58,001 nt of DNA, taken from positions 1 to 58,001 of the forward strand of contig WGBD01000009.1 of assembly GCA_015494465.1 (NCBI GenBank), given 5' to 3'. The notes beneath the pieces are model-generated. The model did no database searches, was not told the origin of the DNA, and saw only the letters and a list, made by a program, of their open reading frames with translations. Below, in pieces: positions 40,909-51,643 of this stretch. A program made the position numbers and the translations under genes. The stretch is from Candidatus Omnitrophota bacterium. GTDB lineage: Bacteria > Omnitrophota > Gorgyraeia > S143-82. Every line of letters begins with the position of its first letter. Position 1 is the first letter of the stretch.

Positions 40909-41280
40909 ATGGGAAGGAAGTTGGACACGGAACGCGGTTGTATCTATTCCCTGAAGCGTATATCGCGATTCATAGAGCCGAGCCTCCTGCTCTTCCTGTC
41001 CAGAGAGCCAGGTCATGGATACGAGTTGCTGGAGAAGGTCAGGTCTCTGGGTTTTGACGAGGATCAGGTGGATGTGGGTGGTGTTTACAGGACCCTGCGC
41101 AGGATGGAGAGGGAGGGCCTGGTGCGCTCGCGTTGGGAGAGGGTAGGCGGTCGGAGGAGGAGGGTCTATTTGATTACCGAAAAGGGGAAGGGTGCTCTTG
41201 AAGAGTGGGTCCAGCGCATAGAGGAACGCAGGCGAGCACTGGGCAGGTTCTTAAAGGTCTATTACAGGAGGAGGAGATGA
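40909..41280 (+). CDS. PadR-family transcriptional regulator
   Basis: HGYEL, GGVYRTLRRMEREGLV.S.W, RRVY.IT..G; upstream inverted repeat ATATGT-N5-ACATAT at 40846-40862. Confidence 0.93.
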   Translation: MGRKLDTERGCIYSLKRISRFIEPSLLLFLSREPGHGYELLEKVRSLGFDEDQVDVGGVYRTLRRMEREGLVRSRWERVGGRRRRVYLITEKGKGALEEWVQRIEERRRALGRFLKVYYRRRR

Positions 41281-42356
41281 GGAAGTTCGTCCTGGTCTTG
41301 TTGTTGATCTTGGCGGTGGCGGGGGTCTTGGTGGTGCGCAGGAAGGTGGAGTTGGCAAAGGCACCCCGGCAGGGCGGGATCAAAGTGGTGCAGGTCGTCC
41401 GGGCCCGTAGCGGGAAGTTAGAGAAAAAAAGGCATTACCTTGCCCGGGTGGAGTCCCGACACAGGATTGGGGTTATGGCCAGAGGCGCCCTAAGGGTGGA
41501 GGAGGTGCCGGTGGATGAGGGCGATAGGATCAAGAAGGGGCAGGTTATTCTCCAACTGGATGCCTCTCAGGCGAAAGCGGCACTGGAAAGGGCCAAGGCA
41601 AACCTCGAGTCCGCTAAGGAAAACCTCGCCTTCTGGGAGAAGGAACTGAAGCGGGCGGAGTACCTGTTCTCCCAAGGGGCCATCCCCGAGGCCGAGAGGG
41701 ACAAGGTGAAGAACAGTTATGCCCAGGCCAAGGCAAGGATGGCCTCCGCGCAGAAGGAGGTGGAGCGCCAGGAGGCGGAGATGCGCTATCTCACGATCCG
41801 CTCGCCGATAACCGGCGTGGTCATCAAGCGGTTGGCGGATCCCGGGGACATGGTGGGGCCTGGGAAACCCATCGTGATATTGGCGGACGATTCTCGCCTA
41901 AGGCTGGTCTTTGAGGCCCCGCAGGAAGACCTCCCGGACCTGAGGGAGGGTGAGGATGTGTCGTTTAGGCTTAAGGATGAGGAGCACAAGGCAAAGGTCT
42001 CGCGGGTCTTCCCGGCGTTGGAACCCTCACGCACCGTTCGGGTGGAGGTGGATCTGGAGGAAGATCCCGGTCTGAGGTTGGGGCAGACGGTGCCCGTGGA
42101 TGTGGTGGTGGAAAAGAAGGACTCCGCCGTGCTCCTGCCCCGCAGTTCCCTGATGCGCACTACAGAGGGTGGATGGCAGGTATTCCTGGTGAAGGAGGGA
42201 GTCGTGCACAGGAGGCCGGTGGAACTGGGGATAGAGGGCGACGGTTGGGTGGAGGTGAAGGGGGTCTCTCCCGGGGAGATGGTGATAAGGGCCCCGTTCC
42301 TCTCCTTGGTGAGGTTGAACGATGGGGATAAGGTAAGGGTGGCGGGTAAGAGATGA
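41277..42356 (+). CDS. RND efflux periplasmic adaptor (MFP)
   Basis: N-terminal anchor, VDEGDRIKKGQ, alpha hairpin, IRSPITGVV, GDMVGPG. Confidence 0.93.
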   Translation: MRKFVLVLLLILAVAGVLVVRRKVELAKAPRQGGIKVVQVVRARSGKLEKKRHYLARVESRHRIGVMARGALRVEEVPVDEGDRIKKGQVILQLDASQAKAALERAKANLESAKENLAFWEKELKRAEYLFSQGAIPEAERDKVKNSYAQAKARMASAQKEVERQEAEMRYLTIRSPITGVVIKRLADPGDMVGPGKPIVILADDSRLRLVFEAPQEDLPDLREGEDVSFRLKDEEHKAKVSRVFPALEPSRTVRVEVDLEEDPGLRLGQTVPVDVVVEKKDSAVLLPRSSLMRTTEGGWQVFLVKEGVVHRRPVELGIEGDGWVEVKGVSPGEMVIRAPFLSLVRLNDGDKVRVAGKR

Positions 42357-45300
42357 ACCTTACGGAGGTATCAGTAAAGAATCCCTATCTGGTCCTGGCG
42401 GCGAGTCTGCTGGTCGCGGTCTTGGGGACGATTTCTTTCTTCCGCACGCCGGTTGATCTCTTTCCCGACACTTCTCCTCCTCAGGTCCTGGTCTTGACCG
42501 TGGAGCCAGGGGCCTCGGCAGACGACGTCGCAGACAAGATAACCGAGGTGCTGGAGAAGGAACTCAACACCCTCCCCGGTCTGAAGCGGATTCGCTCCAT
42601 CTCCCGGGATGAGGTCTCTGCCATAACCGTGGAATTCCGCTACAGTAGGGACATAGACACCGCATTGATTGACGTGGTGAATGCGGTCTCCCGGGTGAAG
42701 GCCCAACTGCCCAAGGACATTCTCCCGATAAGGATATACCGAATAACCGATGCGACCCGGCCCACCCTCACTTTGGCCCTCTCCCCGAAGGCAGACAGCG
42801 GTAAGACCTTGGAGGACATCCGCCTCCTGGCCGAGAACCAGATAAAGGACGAGTTGCTCTCTCTGCCAGAGGTGGGGGATGTGGATGTCTTCGGGGGGTA
42901 CCTGCCGGAGGTGAGGATACGCCTGGATAGGGATAGATTGAGATCCTACGGGATAGGCCTTCCCGAGGTCCTGTCCGCTGTGAGCAAGAGGAATATCACC
43001 GTCCCCGGTGGCTATCTCTATTCCCGGGGCGGGGAGTATCTGGTCAAGACATCTGGAGAAGTGGACGACCTTGAGGGTTTACGAAACCTGCCGATAAAGA
43101 GGCAGGGCGGGGGGTATGTACTGCTCAGAGATGTTGCCAGAGTAGAACTGTCCCATGCAGACCAGCGCAGTCTCTTCCACGGCAACGGCCACAGGGCAAT
43201 AGCCCTGAACGTCCTTCGTCCCGACGACGGGCACACCTTAGAGACGATCCGCGCGGTGAAGAGGTTTCTTCCCAGACTAAGGAAGAAGTATCCCGACATC
43301 CAGTTTGAGATCGTGGACGATCAGGAGGGGATAATCACCATAAACCTAAAAGGGATGCGGTCTTCGCTGTGGCAGGCGGTCATCCTGACGGTCCTGGTGG
43401 TCTTTCTGTTTCTGGCAGACAGGCGGACTGCAGGAGTGATAGCCCTGAGCATACCGATGTCCTTCCTGTTCAGTTTGATGGTCCTGAAGTTCAGCCCCTA
43501 TACGATGAATATGGTGACCCTCTCGGGATTGATCATCGCGGTGGGTATGGTGGTGGACGCCTCTATAGTGGTCTTGGAGAACATCTACCGCCACTATCAC
43601 CTCGCCCAGGGGAGGAAGTCCATATTCGAGGTGGTCTTGGAGGGGACGAAGGAGGTGGCTCTCGCCAACACCGCAGGGGCCTTTACCACCATCGTGGTCC
43701 TTATCCCGGTGATGTTCGTGGGGGGCTATCCCCAGACGGTCCTTCGCCCGCTGAGTATAATGATAGGGTCCACTATATTTGCCTCGCTTATCGTGTCCCT
43801 GACCATAGTCCCGCTCCTGTCTTCTCGCCTGTTGGCCAAACCCACCAAACCTTCCCTGATAGAGGTCTGGACCCGGGCCTTTGGAAAGGTTGTGGATCGC
43901 CTTGCAGATTTTTACGTCTCCTTATTGGAGGTGGCCCTGCGCCATCGCTTCAAGGTGATACCGATCGTGATGGCCAGTTTCGTCCTGACGATAAGGGTGG
44001 TTCTTCCCCTTTTGGTGGGAGAACTTATGCCTCCAATGGATACGGGGATCGTGAAGATAACCCTGGACATGCCCGCCTCTTTCGGGATAGAGAAGGTGGA
44101 GCGGGTGCTCAATCAGGTGGAACGGGTGATTAAGTCCACCCCTGGGTTCATATCCATGTCATCAGTGGTGGGTTCCGAGCCGGGTCAGATCAGTTTCGGT
44201 GGGGGAGGGGCGACGACGCAGACGGTCCACATGACCGTGAACCTAGTCACCCGGGACCGCAGGAAAAAGACGATATGGGAGATAGAGGACGAGTGGAGGG
44301 AGGCCCTCAGGAAGATAGAGGGACTGCGGTCCTTCTCGGTGATGGAGTACGGTGCTACCCCTATCTCAACCACCAAGGCCCCTCTGGATCTGGTCCTATA
44401 CGGCGATGATGTGAATCTGTTGGACAAGATGGCCGACGGGGTGGTGAGGAGGATAGTGGGTATCCCGGGCCTGTTGGACGTCCGGAGGAGTTGGTACAGG
44501 GATAAACCCCAGTTGGAGATAGTTCCCGACGAGAGACTGTGCAAACTTTACGGTGTCTCCACTGAGGATGTGGCCCGTCTGGTCCGGCTGGCGGTGGGAG
44601 GAGGGATCGTATCCTACATGCGACTGAAAGACTTTCTGGATATCCCCATCCGTCTGGATTACGCGGAAGGGGATGTCGGGTCCCCGGATGCCCTGGGGCT
44701 GATATACATCCCCACCCGATATGGTCAGATCCCGTTGAGGGCCTTGGTGAAGACGGTGGAGCGGACCTATATCCCTCCCTTTATCTCCCGTGAGGACATG
44801 AAAAAGACCATCGACATCACCGGTATAAACCGAACCGCGACGATAATTCAGGTGGCCAAGCAGGTGGGAAGAAGGCTCCGTCAGGCCCATCAGGTCGTTC
44901 CTGCAGGCTACGGGATGAAGATGTCGGGCACACCCGCGGACATGAAGGAGGCAAGAGACAGGCTCCGCAAGGCCCTGTTATTGGGCCTGCTCCTGCTGTA
45001 CCTCTTGCTGGTGCCGATGTACCGCTCCCTTACCCACCCGGTGGTTATAATGGTTGCCATCCCCCTCGCAGCGGTGGGGGCGGTGTGGGGTCTGCTTGTG
45101 TTTGACAAGCCGATGTGTATGCCCGCAATAATGGGCATAATCCTGTTGGGCGGGACGATAGTCAACAACTCCATTCTCCTCTTGGACTTCATCCTCCAGG
45201 CCCGGGCCCGGGGCAAGAGCAGGGAAGAGGCGATTATAGATTCGGTGCGCATACGGACCCGCCCTATACTGATGACCGCCTCTTCCACCATAATAGGCCT

Positions 45301-46816
45301 TACCCCCTTGGTCTTCGAGATGGCGGTGGGTCTGGAGAGGTTAAGCCCGATTGGAATCGTGGCAGCGAGCGGACTCCTCTTGGGCACATTCTTGACGATG
45401 ATAGTGGTGCCGGTGGTCTATACCCTCGTAGACGATATAGTCGCCCGGTTCCGTCCGAATCGCAGGGCCTTGGCAGGGGTGATGGTTGCCTTGTTCCTGT
45501 TTGCCTCCTATGGTTTCGCTGGAGAGGATAAGGGCCCGGTGCTGATGTCTTTCCGGGATGTGATAACCCATGCAGAGGAGCACGCTCCGGATGTAAAGAT
45601 CGCTTTTCTGGAGGCGGAGATCGCCCGGACGGAGAGGGATGCGCTCCACGCCAGATTACTGCCCAATTTGGACCTGGAGGGGGGATACATCCACTATCAG
45701 GAGGATCACGGAATCCTGCCGGGAGTAGGCGGCCCTGCCCAGCGGTTCGACGACGAGGTGCTGTCCGCAAGGGCGGTCCTGTCCTGGTTGATAACCGACT
45801 TTGGGGCGACGGGATATCAGTACAGGGCCTTGGACAGCCTTTACCTCTCCAAGAAGGAGTTGGCGCAGTGGAAGAGGGATCTCGTCGTGTTCGCCAGCGC
45901 CTGTCTGTACGCCAGAGCGGTGGCCCTTAGGGAGGAAAAGGTTGCCCTGCGCTATCGCAAGAAGGCCTTGGAGGAGTTGTTAAGGCGGATGGAGGATTTC
46001 CTGTCCCAGGGCAAGATCGCCCGGGTAGACCTGTTGCGGGTCAGGGCCCGGCTGGCGGAGGTGGAATCCGCTATAGCCAAGGTAGAAACCGCCTATCGGT
46101 CCTCTTCGGCCCGGTTGGAGGAGGTCATAGGCTGGCAGGGACGGGAGATAGAGTTGGCGGGGTTGCCGGACCTATCCGGTTGCGGGTTGGAACTGGATGG
46201 GGATCGGGCTATGGAGGTTGCCTTGCAGAACCGAAAGGACCTTATGTCCTTGTACAAAAGCCGGGAGGCGGGAGAGTGGAGGGTCCGGTCCGCAGAGCGC
46301 AGGTATCTTCCCCAGATGTTTCTCGTGGCCGGGGTAGGCGAGTTCTCGGGCAGGGATTCGTCCGCCCGCTTTTCAGGGGGTGATCGCTGGGAGGACGATA
46401 ATTGGATTGGGGTGAAGGTGAATCTCCCGATATTGGACGGGGGAAAGAGGAAGGCCGAGAAGGAGATGGCCCGAATCGCGTATCGCCGGCAGTTGGTCGA
46501 GGTCCAGAAGAGGATCCTGCAGATTTCCCGCCAGATAAAGACCGCCTTGGCGCAGGTAAAGTCTGCCCGCAAGCGGATGGAACTGGCCTCCATTGAGGTG
46601 GAGCAGGCGAGGGAGTCGTTTCGCTTGGAGAGGTTGAAGTACGCCACTGGCAAGGGTGTGATAGACGATGTCCTCTCCGCGGAGGCCCAACTGCGCTCCG
46701 CAGAGGCGGACCTCATCCACGCCCGCCGAGACCTGTTGTGCGCACGGTTGCAACTGTATCTGGCTGAGGGCGTTTTGCTCGAGAGGTTGGCGGGCAAGTG
46801 CAGGGATTTGCCTTGA
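42353..46816 (+). CDS. RND efflux permease fused to TolC-family outer-membrane factor (1487 aa)
   Basis: aa 1-~1030 AcrB-like (GMVVDASIVVLENI, RTRPILMT); signal-like linker at 45446-45525; then OMF repeats (LLPNLDL, YLPQMFL, LPILDGG, YATG...DVL.AE). Confidence 0.92.
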   Translation: MNLTEVSVKNPYLVLAASLLVAVLGTISFFRTPVDLFPDTSPPQVLVLTVEPGASADDVADKITEVLEKELNTLPGLKRIRSISRDEVSAITVEFRYSRDIDTALIDVVNAVSRVKAQLPKDILPIRIYRITDATRPTLTLALSPKADSGKTLEDIRLLAENQIKDELLSLPEVGDVDVFGGYLPEVRIRLDRDRLRSYGIGLPEVLSAVSKRNITVPGGYLYSRGGEYLVKTSGEVDDLEGLRNLPIKRQGGGYVLLRDVARVELSHADQRSLFHGNGHRAIALNVLRPDDGHTLETIRAVKRFLPRLRKKYPDIQFEIVDDQEGIITINLKGMRSSLWQAVILTVLVVFLFLADRRTAGVIALSIPMSFLFSLMVLKFSPYTMNMVTLSGLIIAVGMVVDASIVVLENIYRHYHLAQGRKSIFEVVLEGTKEVALANTAGAFTTIVVLIPVMFVGGYPQTVLRPLSIMIGSTIFASLIVSLTIVPLLSSRLLAKPTKPSLIEVWTRAFGKVVDRLADFYVSLLEVALRHRFKVIPIVMASFVLTIRVVLPLLVGELMPPMDTGIVKITLDMPASFGIEKVERVLNQVERVIKSTPGFISMSSVVGSEPGQISFGGGGATTQTVHMTVNLVTRDRRKKTIWEIEDEWREALRKIEGLRSFSVMEYGATPISTTKAPLDLVLYGDDVNLLDKMADGVVRRIVGIPGLLDVRRSWYRDKPQLEIVPDERLCKLYGVSTEDVARLVRLAVGGGIVSYMRLKDFLDIPIRLDYAEGDVGSPDALGLIYIPTRYGQIPLRALVKTVERTYIPPFISREDMKKTIDITGINRTATIIQVAKQVGRRLRQAHQVVPAGYGMKMSGTPADMKEARDRLRKALLLGLLLLYLLLVPMYRSLTHPVVIMVAIPLAAVGAVWGLLVFDKPMCMPAIMGIILLGGTIVNNSILLLDFILQARARGKSREEAIIDSVRIRTRPILMTASSTIIGLTPLVFEMAVGLERLSPIGIVAASGLLLGTFLTMIVVPVVYTLVDDIVARFRPNRRALAGVMVALFLFASYGFAGEDKGPVLMSFRDVITHAEEHAPDVKIAFLEAEIARTERDALHARLLPNLDLEGGYIHYQEDHGILPGVGGPAQRFDDEVLSARAVLSWLITDFGATGYQYRALDSLYLSKKELAQWKRDLVVFASACLYARAVALREEKVALRYRKKALEELLRRMEDFLSQGKIARVDLLRVRARLAEVESAIAKVETAYRSSSARLEEVIGWQGREIELAGLPDLSGCGLELDGDRAMEVALQNRKDLMSLYKSREAGEWRVRSAERRYLPQMFLVAGVGEFSGRDSSARFSGGDRWEDDNWIGVKVNLPILDGGKRKAEKEMARIAYRRQLVEVQKRILQISRQIKTALAQVKSARKRMELASIEVEQARESFRLERLKYATGKGVIDDVLSAEAQLRSAEADLIHARRDLLCARLQLYLAEGVLLERLAGKCRDLP

Positions 46817-46966
46817 CAAGCGATTTGGTTGTGTGTTATTTTGAGTCCACTCGGGCAAAGGGGCCCGTGTAAATAGACTGGCACGCTGGTGTGCTCGATT
46901 AGATAGGAAGCGAGGACGCTCCACATGTAGACGGGGTTCGTCTATGTGTGGGGCGTTTTCGTTTTT
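46813..46966 (+). promoter_or_regulatory. amtB promoter and ANTAR-type antitermination leader with terminator
   Basis: TTGACA 46813; hairpin CGGGC-AAAGGG-GCCCG 46852-46867; AGC-GAGGAC-GCT 46909-46920 overlapping the 5' arm of a 22-bp terminator stem (46912-46960) followed by GTTTTT. Confidence 0.7.
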
Positions 46967-46998
46967 GGGGTAGGGTGCTCATAAGAAGGAGGTATGAG

Positions 46999-48231
46999 AT
47001 GGACGTAGGGGCTTTGTCTCAGGCTCTGCGGGATCTGACCAACAGTGGGAATGTGTTCTTCCTGCTGATGGGCGCGATCCTGGTCTTCTCTATGCACGCG
47101 GGATTCGCCTTTCTGGAGGTAGGTTCCGTCAGGAAAAAGAATCAGGTCAACGCCCTGGTGAAGATCCTCGTGGATTGGGGGGCGTCTACGGTGATGTACT
47201 TCTTCATCGGATACTTTATCGCCTACGGTATTCGCTTCTTCTCTCCTGCCCAGGTCCTGCTGGGTGACGATCACGGTTATCAGTTGATTAGGTTCTTCTT
47301 CTTGCTCACCTTTGCTGCCTGTATCCCGGCAATAATCTCCGGCGGGATAGCGGAGAGGGCGAAGTTCTGGCCCCAGTTCTTTGCCGGCGCCTTCTTCGTG
47401 GGTTTCGTTTACCCGTTCTTTGAGTCCTTGGTATGGGGGAAGACCCCGCTTCTGGGACAGCCTGGCTCCTGGCTGGCGAAACTGGCAGGGGTGCCGTTCC
47501 ACGACTTTGCGGGTTCGGTGGTGGTGCACTCCTTGGGTGGTTGGTTGGCCTTGCCGGCGATAATCCTCTTGGGGCCGAGGTTGAAACGCTACGTCAACGG
47601 CAAGAGCCAGGTAATCAAGGTCAGCAGCATACCGTTTCTCGCCCTGGGCAGTTGGCTGCTGTGCGTAGGTTGGTTCGGGTTTAACGTGATGAGCGCGGGA
47701 GAACTCACCAACATATCCGCCTTGGTAGCGGTGAATTCCCTCCTGGCGATGGTGGGCGGTATACTGGTTGCCCTGTTCGTCTCCAAGAACGACGCCGCGT
47801 TTATCCACAACGGTGCCTTGGCCGGGCTCATCGCCATATGCTCGGGCTCGGATGTGGTCCACCCGATAGGGGCATTGATAATCGGCGGGATCGGTGCCCT
47901 TATCTTCATAAAGTTGTTCGAATTTGAGACCGAGGTGTTGAAGATAGACGACGTCTTGGGCGTCTGGCCCCTTCACGGGGTGGCAGGTACCTGGGGTGGT
48001 GTTGCCTGCGGTATCTTCGGACAGAAGGCCCTTGGGGGGCTCGGGGGCGTGAGCCTGCTGGCACAGGTGATAGGTAGCCTTGCTGCGGTGGTCTACGCTC
48101 TTGTGCTGGGATTCGTGGTCTACGGAATCTTGAAGTCCACGGTGGGGATCCGCCTCTCTGAGCACGAGGAGATACTGGGTGCGGATCTCAGCATCCACAA
48201 CATAGAGGCTTATCCGGAAGAGGCACTGTGA
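46999..48231 (+). CDS. amtB: Ammonium transporter
   Basis: [43 protein letters not shown] (twin His). Confidence 0.96.
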   Translation: MDVGALSQALRDLTNSGNVFFLLMGAILVFSMHAGFAFLEVGSVRKKNQVNALVKILVDWGASTVMYFFIGYFIAYGIRFFSPAQVLLGDDHGYQLIRFFFLLTFAACIPAIISGGIAERAKFWPQFFAGAFFVGFVYPFFESLVWGKTPLLGQPGSWLAKLAGVPFHDFAGSVVVHSLGGWLALPAIILLGPRLKRYVNGKSQVIKVSSIPFLALGSWLLCVGWFGFNVMSAGELTNISALVAVNSLLAMVGGILVALFVSKNDAAFIHNGALAGLIAICSGSDVVHPIGALIIGGIGALIFIKLFEFETEVLKIDDVLGVWPLHGVAGTWGGVACGIFGQKALGGLGGVSLLAQVIGSLAAVVYALVLGFVVYGILKSTVGIRLSEHEEILGADLSIHNIEAYPEEAL

Positions 48232-48259
48232 TAGTGGCGCAGGCGATAAAGAGGAGGAT

Positions 48260-48607
48260 GTGGCGATGAAGAAGATAGAGGCGATAATACAGCCGGAGAA
48301 ACTCGACGACGTCAAGGAGGAATTGTTCAAGGCGGACATACACAAGATGACCGTCAGCCGGGTGAAGGGCTGCGGACAGCAGAAGGGATACGTGGAGAGT
48401 TATAGGGGTAAGATATACAAGGTGAACCTCCTTCCCAAGATAAAACTGGAGATCGTGGTAAACGAAGAATTCGTGAAGCCCACGGTAGATGCGATAATAA
48501 GGGGAGCCAGGACCGGGAACATCGGTGACGGCAAGATATTCATCAGCGATCTGGTGGAGTGTATCCGCATCCGCACCGGTGAGACCGGGGAAAAGGCAGT
48601 AGGGTGA
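48260..48607 (+). CDS. glnK: Nitrogen regulatory PII protein
   Basis: [44 protein letters not shown]. Confidence 0.96.
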   Translation: MAMKKIEAIIQPEKLDDVKEELFKADIHKMTVSRVKGCGQQKGYVESYRGKIYKVNLLPKIKLEIVVNEEFVKPTVDAIIRGARTGNIGDGKIFISDLVECIRIRTGETGEKAVG

Positions 48608-49314
48608 TGGATCCCGTATTGGTGATAAAGCACGTGGAGAGCGAAGGCCCGGGTCTGTTGGGTGAGTTCCTGCAGGCCCGGGGCCTTGCCCTTTCCGTAG
48701 TGGAACTGGAGAAGGGTGAAGGCCTGCCGGACAGACCGGAGGGCTTTTCTGCGGTGATAAGCATGGGCGGGCCGATGGGGGTTTACGACGAAGAGGATTA
48801 TCCCTTCCTCCGAAAGGAGCTCCCGTTGCTGCAGGCGGTGATAGAGAGGGACATCCCCTTTATCGGCGTGTGTCTGGGGGCCCAGATGCTGGCCCGGGCA
48901 GGAAATGCAAGGGTCCTATCCAAGGCCTGCACCGAGATCGGGTTCTACCCGATCAGGTTGACGAAAGAGGGGCAGGAGGATCCCCTCTTTGCCGGGGTAC
49001 CGGAGGAGTTCGTGGTATTCCAGTGGCACAACGACGTCTTTGAGATCCCCGAGGGGGCGGTTTGGCTTGCGGAGTCTGCGAAGTGTCCCAATCAGGCCTT
49101 TCGGTTGGGCGGGAGGGTGTATGCCCTGCAGTTCCACGTGGAAGCAACCCCAGAGATGGTAGAGGACTGGTTTTCCGAGGATCTGGAGAGTTCGGATCCT
49201 ACGGCGCGCGCCCGGGCAGAAGAGATGATCCGCATGGCCCCTAAGGTAGTGGAGGCCAACAGGGCCACATACGACAGGATATTCGAGAACTTCCTTTCTA
49301 TCCTCCGCGGTTAG
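48604..49314 (+). CDS. Class I glutamine amidotransferase-like protein
   Basis: [31 protein letters not shown] (Cys-His-Glu triad). Confidence 0.9.
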   Translation: MMDPVLVIKHVESEGPGLLGEFLQARGLALSVVELEKGEGLPDRPEGFSAVISMGGPMGVYDEEDYPFLRKELPLLQAVIERDIPFIGVCLGAQMLARAGNARVLSKACTEIGFYPIRLTKEGQEDPLFAGVPEEFVVFQWHNDVFEIPEGAVWLAESAKCPNQAFRLGGRVYALQFHVEATPEMVEDWFSEDLESSDPTARARAEEMIRMAPKVVEANRATYDRIFENFLSILRG

Positions 49315-49385
49315 GGATTGAATCTCCGCTTTGGATTTATAAACTGGGTTGGTTTCTACCCCGATGCTTATCCTTGTGCGGTTTT

Positions 49386-50063
49386 TTAGTTCCCTTTTGT
49401 CTCCTCTTCCCCGTGGTGGTGTTTGATGATCTTGCCTTCCACCACGAATATGACGTCCTCGGCGATGTTGGTTGAGAGGTCGGCGATGCGTTCCAGATTG
49501 CGGGATATCTTTATCAGGTGGATTGCCCGCTCTATGGTGGTGGGATCCGAGGTCATGTAGGTGATAAGTTCCCGCAGGACCTGATCCCTTAGGTTGTCCA
49601 CTATCTCGTCCCGTTCGCATACCCGTTTGGCCTTCTCTGCGTCGGAGTTGATGAAGGCGTCTATTGCGTCCTTCAGCATACCGGTGGTCTCCTCGGCCAT
49701 CTTGGGTATGTCTATGAGGGGTTTGACCTGCGGTCTCTCTATGAGGTATTGTGCGCTAGTGGATATGTTTACTGCCAGATCGCCGATGCGCTCCAGGTCG
49801 TTGTTCATCTTGAGGACCATAAGGACGGTGCGTAGTTGGGCTGCCCGGGGCTCGTAGAGGGCGATGAAGTTTGTGCACATCTCGTCCAATTCCACCTCGG
49901 TTTCGTTCATGCGGGGCTCCATCTCGTTTATGACCTTATCCAAAAGGTCTGCCCGCCTTTCCAAGAGTCCTTGGATAGAGTACTTTACCATGGTCTCCGC
50001 GAGGCTGGCCTCTTCCACCAAGCGCCTCTTTATCTCGTTCAACTTCTCTTCGAACATAACCAT
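49386..50063 (-). CDS. phoU: Phosphate signalling protein PhoU
   Basis: DLERIGDLA and NLERIADLSTNIAE repeats; end of pst operon. Confidence 0.96.
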   Translation of the reverse strand: MVMFEEKLNEIKRRLVEEASLAETMVKYSIQGLLERRADLLDKVINEMEPRMNETEVELDEMCTNFIALYEPRAAQLRTVLMVLKMNNDLERIGDLAVNISTSAQYLIERPQVKPLIDIPKMAEETTGMLKDAIDAFINSDAEKAKRVCERDEIVDNLRDQVLRELITYMTSDPTTIERAIHLIKISRNLERIADLSTNIAEDVIFVVEGKIIKHHHGEEETKGN

Positions 50064-50069
50064 CCCTCC

Positions 50070-50831
50070 TTATCCGAATTTCCCAGTCAGGTATTCCTCG
50101 GTGCGAGGATCCTTAGGAGCGGTGAACATCTGAGGCGTGGGCCCGATCTCCACGATCTCTCCGAGGTACATAAACGCGGTGTAATCGGAGACGCGCGCCG
50201 CCTGGGCCCGGTTGTGGGTGACGAGCACGATACTAACCGTCTCTTTTAATTGGGTTATGAGCTCCTCTATCATTGCCTGGGCCTTAGGGTCCAGGGCAGA
50301 GGTTGGCTCGTCTAACAGGAGTATGTCCGGCCTCATGGCCAGGGCCCGGGCTATGCACAGCCTCTGCTGCTGCCCCCCGGACAGGAAGGTGCCTCGCTTG
50401 TGGAGGGAATCTTTTACCTCGTCCCAGAGGAATGCCTTTTTGAGGCTGGTCTCCACTATCTCGTCTCTCTCTGCCCGACTGAGTTTTTCTCCCCGTAGTA
50501 TGTACCCCGCCAGGACGTTGTCGTAAATGCTCATCGTTGGGAAGGGATTTGGCCGCTGGAAGACCATCCCTATCCTCCTGCGCACGGTGGTGGGGGGGAG
50601 GTCGAATATGTTTTCCCCTTCCAAGAGGACCTGGCCCTTTATCTTCGTCCCGGGCAGGAGCTCGTGCATGCGATTGAGACAGCGGATAAAGGTGGACTTG
50701 CCACAGCCGGACGGCCCCATTATGGCGATGACCTTGTTGTAGGGGACCGCCAAATTCACACTTTTTACTACCCAGTTGTCGCCGTAGGCAGCGCTTAGGT
50801 CTATAGTTTCCAGTATTATCTCCTTTTCCAT
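50070..50831 (-). CDS. pstB: Phosphate ABC transporter ATPase
   Basis: GPSGCGKST, FQRPNPFP, LSGGQQQRLCIAR, DEPTSALDP, YLTGKFG. Confidence 0.97.
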   Translation of the reverse strand: MEKEIILETIDLSAAYGDNWVVKSVNLAVPYNKVIAIMGPSGCGKSTFIRCLNRMHELLPGTKIKGQVLLEGENIFDLPPTTVRRRIGMVFQRPNPFPTMSIYDNVLAGYILRGEKLSRAERDEIVETSLKKAFLWDEVKDSLHKRGTFLSGGQQQRLCIARALAMRPDILLLDEPTSALDPKAQAMIEELITQLKETVSIVLVTHNRAQAARVSDYTAFMYLGEIVEIGPTPQMFTAPKDPRTEEYLTGKFG

Positions 50832-51643
50832 GGTCCCTTCCTGATGGTTATGTTAATACCCAATATGAATACCATCAACACCAGAGATGCTCCCCAGGCC
50901 TTTTGGTGCCAGTCGGAATAGGGGCTCATGGCGTAGTTAAACACCAGCAGTGGCACCGCGTCCACGGGTTTGAGCGGGTTGAGGTTGAGGTATGGGTTCC
51001 CAAAGGCGGTGAACAACAGCGGTGCGGTCTCCCCGGCGATCCTCGCCACGCCGAGAAGGACTCCCGAGAGTATCCCGGGCATGGCAGAAGGCAGTATCAC
51101 CTTCCATATCGTGCGGGTATAACTGGCACCGAGGGACAGCCCTGCCTCTTTTAGGGAGGTGGGCAGGCGAATCAGTGTCTCCTGCGTGGCCCGGGCCACG
51201 GTGGGGAGCATGATAATCGCCAAGGCCACCCCTCCGCTCAGGGCAGAAAACCCCCCGAGAGGTTTTACTATCCACAGGTAAGCGAGGATCCCCACGACGA
51301 TGGAAGGGATCCCTTGGAGGGTATTTATCAGTATCTCTACCAGGGAGGCCCAAGGACCCCGAGTCTCCGAGAGATACAAGCCCAATCCCACCCCGGTAGG
51401 CACGGATATAACCACCGCTATCGCTATCAAGAGCAGACTCCCTACGATGCTATTTAGGATACCTCCTCCCGGGTCTCCCGGAGGGGTGGGGAGTTTGGTG
51501 AAGAAGTCAAGGGATATGGCAGAGTAGCCCTTGCTGATTATGGTAATGAGTATCAGTAGAAGGGGCAGGAGAGTCAACAAGGAGAGAGAGAGAATCGTTG
51601 CCTTGAAGATCCTGTCCTTTATCCTGCGTGCGCGCGTGCTCAT
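50816..51643 (-). CDS. pstA: Phosphate ABC transporter permease
   Basis: Start MSTRARRIKD; GIPSIVVG, EAGLSLGA, ARIAGETAPLLFT. Confidence 0.95.
   Translation of the reverse strand: MSTRARRIKDRIFKATILSLSLLTLLPLLLILITIISKGYSAISLDFFTKLPTPPGDPGGGILNSIVGSLLLIAIAVVISVPTGVGLGLYLSETRGPWASLVEILINTLQGIPSIVVGILAYLWIVKPLGGFSALSGGVALAIIMLPTVARATQETLIRLPTSLKEAGLSLGASYTRTIWKVILPSAMPGILSGVLLGVARIAGETAPLLFTAFGNPYLNLNPLKPVDAVPLLVFNYAMSPYSDWHQKAWGASLVLMVFILGINITIRKGPWKRR

Noticed and set aside
46942-48345. 467-aa antisense ORF over amtB, and similar long antisense ORFs over hydrogenase, gyr and RND genes
   Set aside because: No recognisable motifs; expected shadow ORFs of GC-rich coding sequence
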